Shown one piece after another: positions 61,469-64,000 of a DNA stretch of 64,000 nt; the first letter of the stretch is position 1, and every line of letters begins with the position of its first letter. A program made the translations under genes and the position numbers. The DNA comes from Zootoca vivipara. Taxonomy: Eukaryota. The DNA is taken from contig NC_083276.1 of assembly GCF_963506605.1 (NCBI RefSeq), positions 65,472,001 to 65,536,000 on the forward strand, read 5' to 3'. Under the pieces are notes generated by a model that saw nothing but the letters and a program-made list of their open reading frames with translations, was not told where the DNA came from and did no database searches.

Positions 61469-63673
61469 CTTCAGTGATTATTCCATTGCAGAAGGACTCT
61501 AGGCCAGATCTCTTCAGGTGTTGTGCCTTGTTATAATTGTGTGATTACAGTTGCATGAGGAGGAAAGGAGGGCTTCAGTCACTGGCCTAACCCAAAGCCC
61601 TCTGCCAGGCCTCCTCTCCTCCATCCACATGTTAAGGTGGAAAGTCCCAGAAAGGAAGTAATGCTGCACATGTCGAGGGATCTCCATATGGTTTAGAACC
61701 CTCTAAATGGCACAGGAAGCCTATGCACATAAAGCATGCTACTCTCTTCATACTGCGCCCCCCCCCAAAAAAACCATGCCTGACAGCAGGGTGTGACAAC
61801 AGGGAAGAGGCCAGCGCATGTTCTGTTCCACATGTGATTGTAAGCATCAAGGCATAATGCCTGAACAAGGCCAAATCTGTCATCTGACAATTACATGTCA
61901 CAACAATTACATTGTTTCGGGCTGTTTTATGGGAAGCAAATCATAAATGAAGTAAATAAATAAAGTGGCAATGGTGTTTGGGTGATTTTGTAGAAAATAA
62001 ATCTTTCAACCAATTATTTATAAAATATAAAAAGAAATATAGTAATTACCAGGATGTGATGAAAGCAAAACAAGAGTCACTCTTTTTAAACCAGTGCTTC
62101 TATTTTAAACTATCCCACCTCCACCACCCCTTTCTGCTCTATAATGTTTTGGAGTGAAAACATTCTTTTGAGAAATGCTTCTAAACAGCTTTTCTGGTTA
62201 ACACTATCCCTGGTCTTTTAAAAATAAACACTTTCACAAAACATTTTCAGCACAACCAGCCCATTCTGTGACAAATATGACATTAACTGCTGAGGCCTAC
62301 TGTGTGTTTATTTACTGCAAGTTTCCTTACTTGATAAGATAGTTCTTCTAAATAGATGTACTGTGCAGATTGAAAATGCCTTTCAGTTTAAAACAACCTG
62401 GCAATGATTTATCGTTCTGTAAAAAGCAGAGGTTATTTAGAAACAATCACTCTCTAACAGACCTGGGGCACTTCCACCTGACCTGTTTATTGATCCTGCA
62501 TCCTGATTTGCTTGCAGGGAGATTAGAAAACACTGGCTATTTAATGAGCCTTCATTCTGATTTCTTTTAAGGAAAGGTTGGATGATGATTTGTAAATGCA
62601 AGTTTAAATGCCCACACTTTCCAGTACATTTTCACATCACTTTCCTTCTTGCAAAAAGTCTGATTTTTGGAGAACTCTCTGGTTCTACACTGAATGACTA
62701 TTGGTTTGTTTCATAGATATGCATTTCAAGGCCACAAGTCTCTTTTTTGTAAAAAGAGTGATTGCTGCATGATGCTATAATTTTATTTCAAGGTATTGGA
62801 GCTGGTGTCAGAGGTTGGCAGAGTTGGGTTCCTGCCAAGGCCCACACCTCATAAAGTATAATTGTTTAATTGCACACTGAAATTGAGAATGCCTGTATGC
62901 AGGTTGTAAAAGGTTTAACATTGGAAAATTCCATTCGAGTATACTAAGCTAGAAAGAGCACTCTCTAAGCTTCTGAGTTGATAATTAACTGTTGGTGTTC
63001 TCTGCTAGCCTTCACTTGAGTGTTTAACCTTAGATCATGTGATTAAGGTATTCAATTGCAAATCTCCATCTTGAAGGGAGTGGCAAGTTAGTCTTTCCCT
63101 GGACACCACTGAGAACAAAAGGATGTGATCACGGCTCTCCAGGAGCTGCATAGCCTTAGGCTGGATGCAAGTTAATGCAAGCTATGGGAGAGACAAAGAT
63201 TTGATTTTTACGTTGATCATAATTATGTTATATATATGAAGATATATGCTTGAATATGCATGTGCTTTACACAACTTTCTGGGTGTATCATTGATTGTTT
63301 TGTACCTGTTTTTGAAGAAGTTCTGGTTAGTAAAGCTCTGAGTAATACTTATGCGTCCAAGAGGAGTCAGTTTTTATGCACCCAGTTGCTTCATACTGCC
63401 CAATATTAATATGTGCAATGCACCTCAGAAGAGGGTCCACAGCACATCTGACGACCAGAGCCCCTAACCTTGCTGGTGCTTCTCTTGCAACTTCTGCCTT
63501 TATACCTGTGATCTCCCTCTAGCCTAGAGAGTGAGAGTGAGTAACTGGGCGAATGAGTAAGTGGTGCAAGGAGAAGGAACAGCTGCTTCTGCTCACTTTC
63601 ACACTTGCCCTTTTATCCCCAATGGGAGCATCTTGCTCTAGGTCAGTTTCAAACGCTGGCTATGAGCTGTATG

Positions 63674-63896
63674 TTGTTGTTGTTTAGTCGTTTAGTCATG
63701 TCCGACTCTTCGTGACCCCATGGACCATAGCACGCCAGGCACTCCTGTCTTCCACTGCCTCCTGCAGTTTGGTCAAACTCATGTTGGTAGCTTCGAGAAC
63801 ACTGTCCAACCATCTCGTCCTCTGTCGTCCCCTTCTCCTAGTGCCCTCAATCTTTCCCAACATCAGGGTCTTTTCCAAGGATTCTTCTCTTCTCAA
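63674..63896 (-). mobile_element. BovB LINE 3' fragment
   Basis: ESLEKTLMLGKIEGTRRRGRQRTRWLD; TSD ATGAGCTGTATG at 63662-63673 and 63897-63908. Confidence 0.95.
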
Positions 63897-64000
63897 ATGA
63901 GCTGTATGCATGGACTTTATGTAGAGCTTCACAAACAAGATCTCTGAACACTGTACTTTCTTAAAGAACAATAAACAAAAATATATAAATTGAAGATAAA

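Overview
Vertebrate nuclear DNA from a squamate, most likely a lacertid lizard (inferred from Sauria SINE, tRNA-Lys/CR1-tail POM/Squam1-type SINE, Squam3-type SINE and BovB content). The window is mostly intergenic/intronic and rich in transposable elements: BovB, CR1, L1, L2, Penelope, solo LTRs, many hAT MITEs with 8-bp TSDs, a Tc1/mariner MITE and a Helitron. It opens with what looks like the last coding bases and 3' UTR of an unidentified + strand gene, and holds several candidate exons of an unidentified - strand gene. There is a 138-N gap at 49993-50130. Best observation: a TSD-flanked GC-rich hAT element (61065-61468) carries a copy of the UNC13B-type first coding exon (gccATG-MSLLCVR, 22 coding nt, GTGAGT donor). 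Related GC-rich hATs have unrelated interiors, suggesting a Pack-TIR-like gene-fragment-capturing family. Also notable: a minimal hammerhead ribozyme in a Penelope fragment, a second Penelope copy folded back exactly on the ribozyme stem II, and a Helitron carrying a CTCF-like motif. Repeat family names come from recalled consensus similarity, not from a search.
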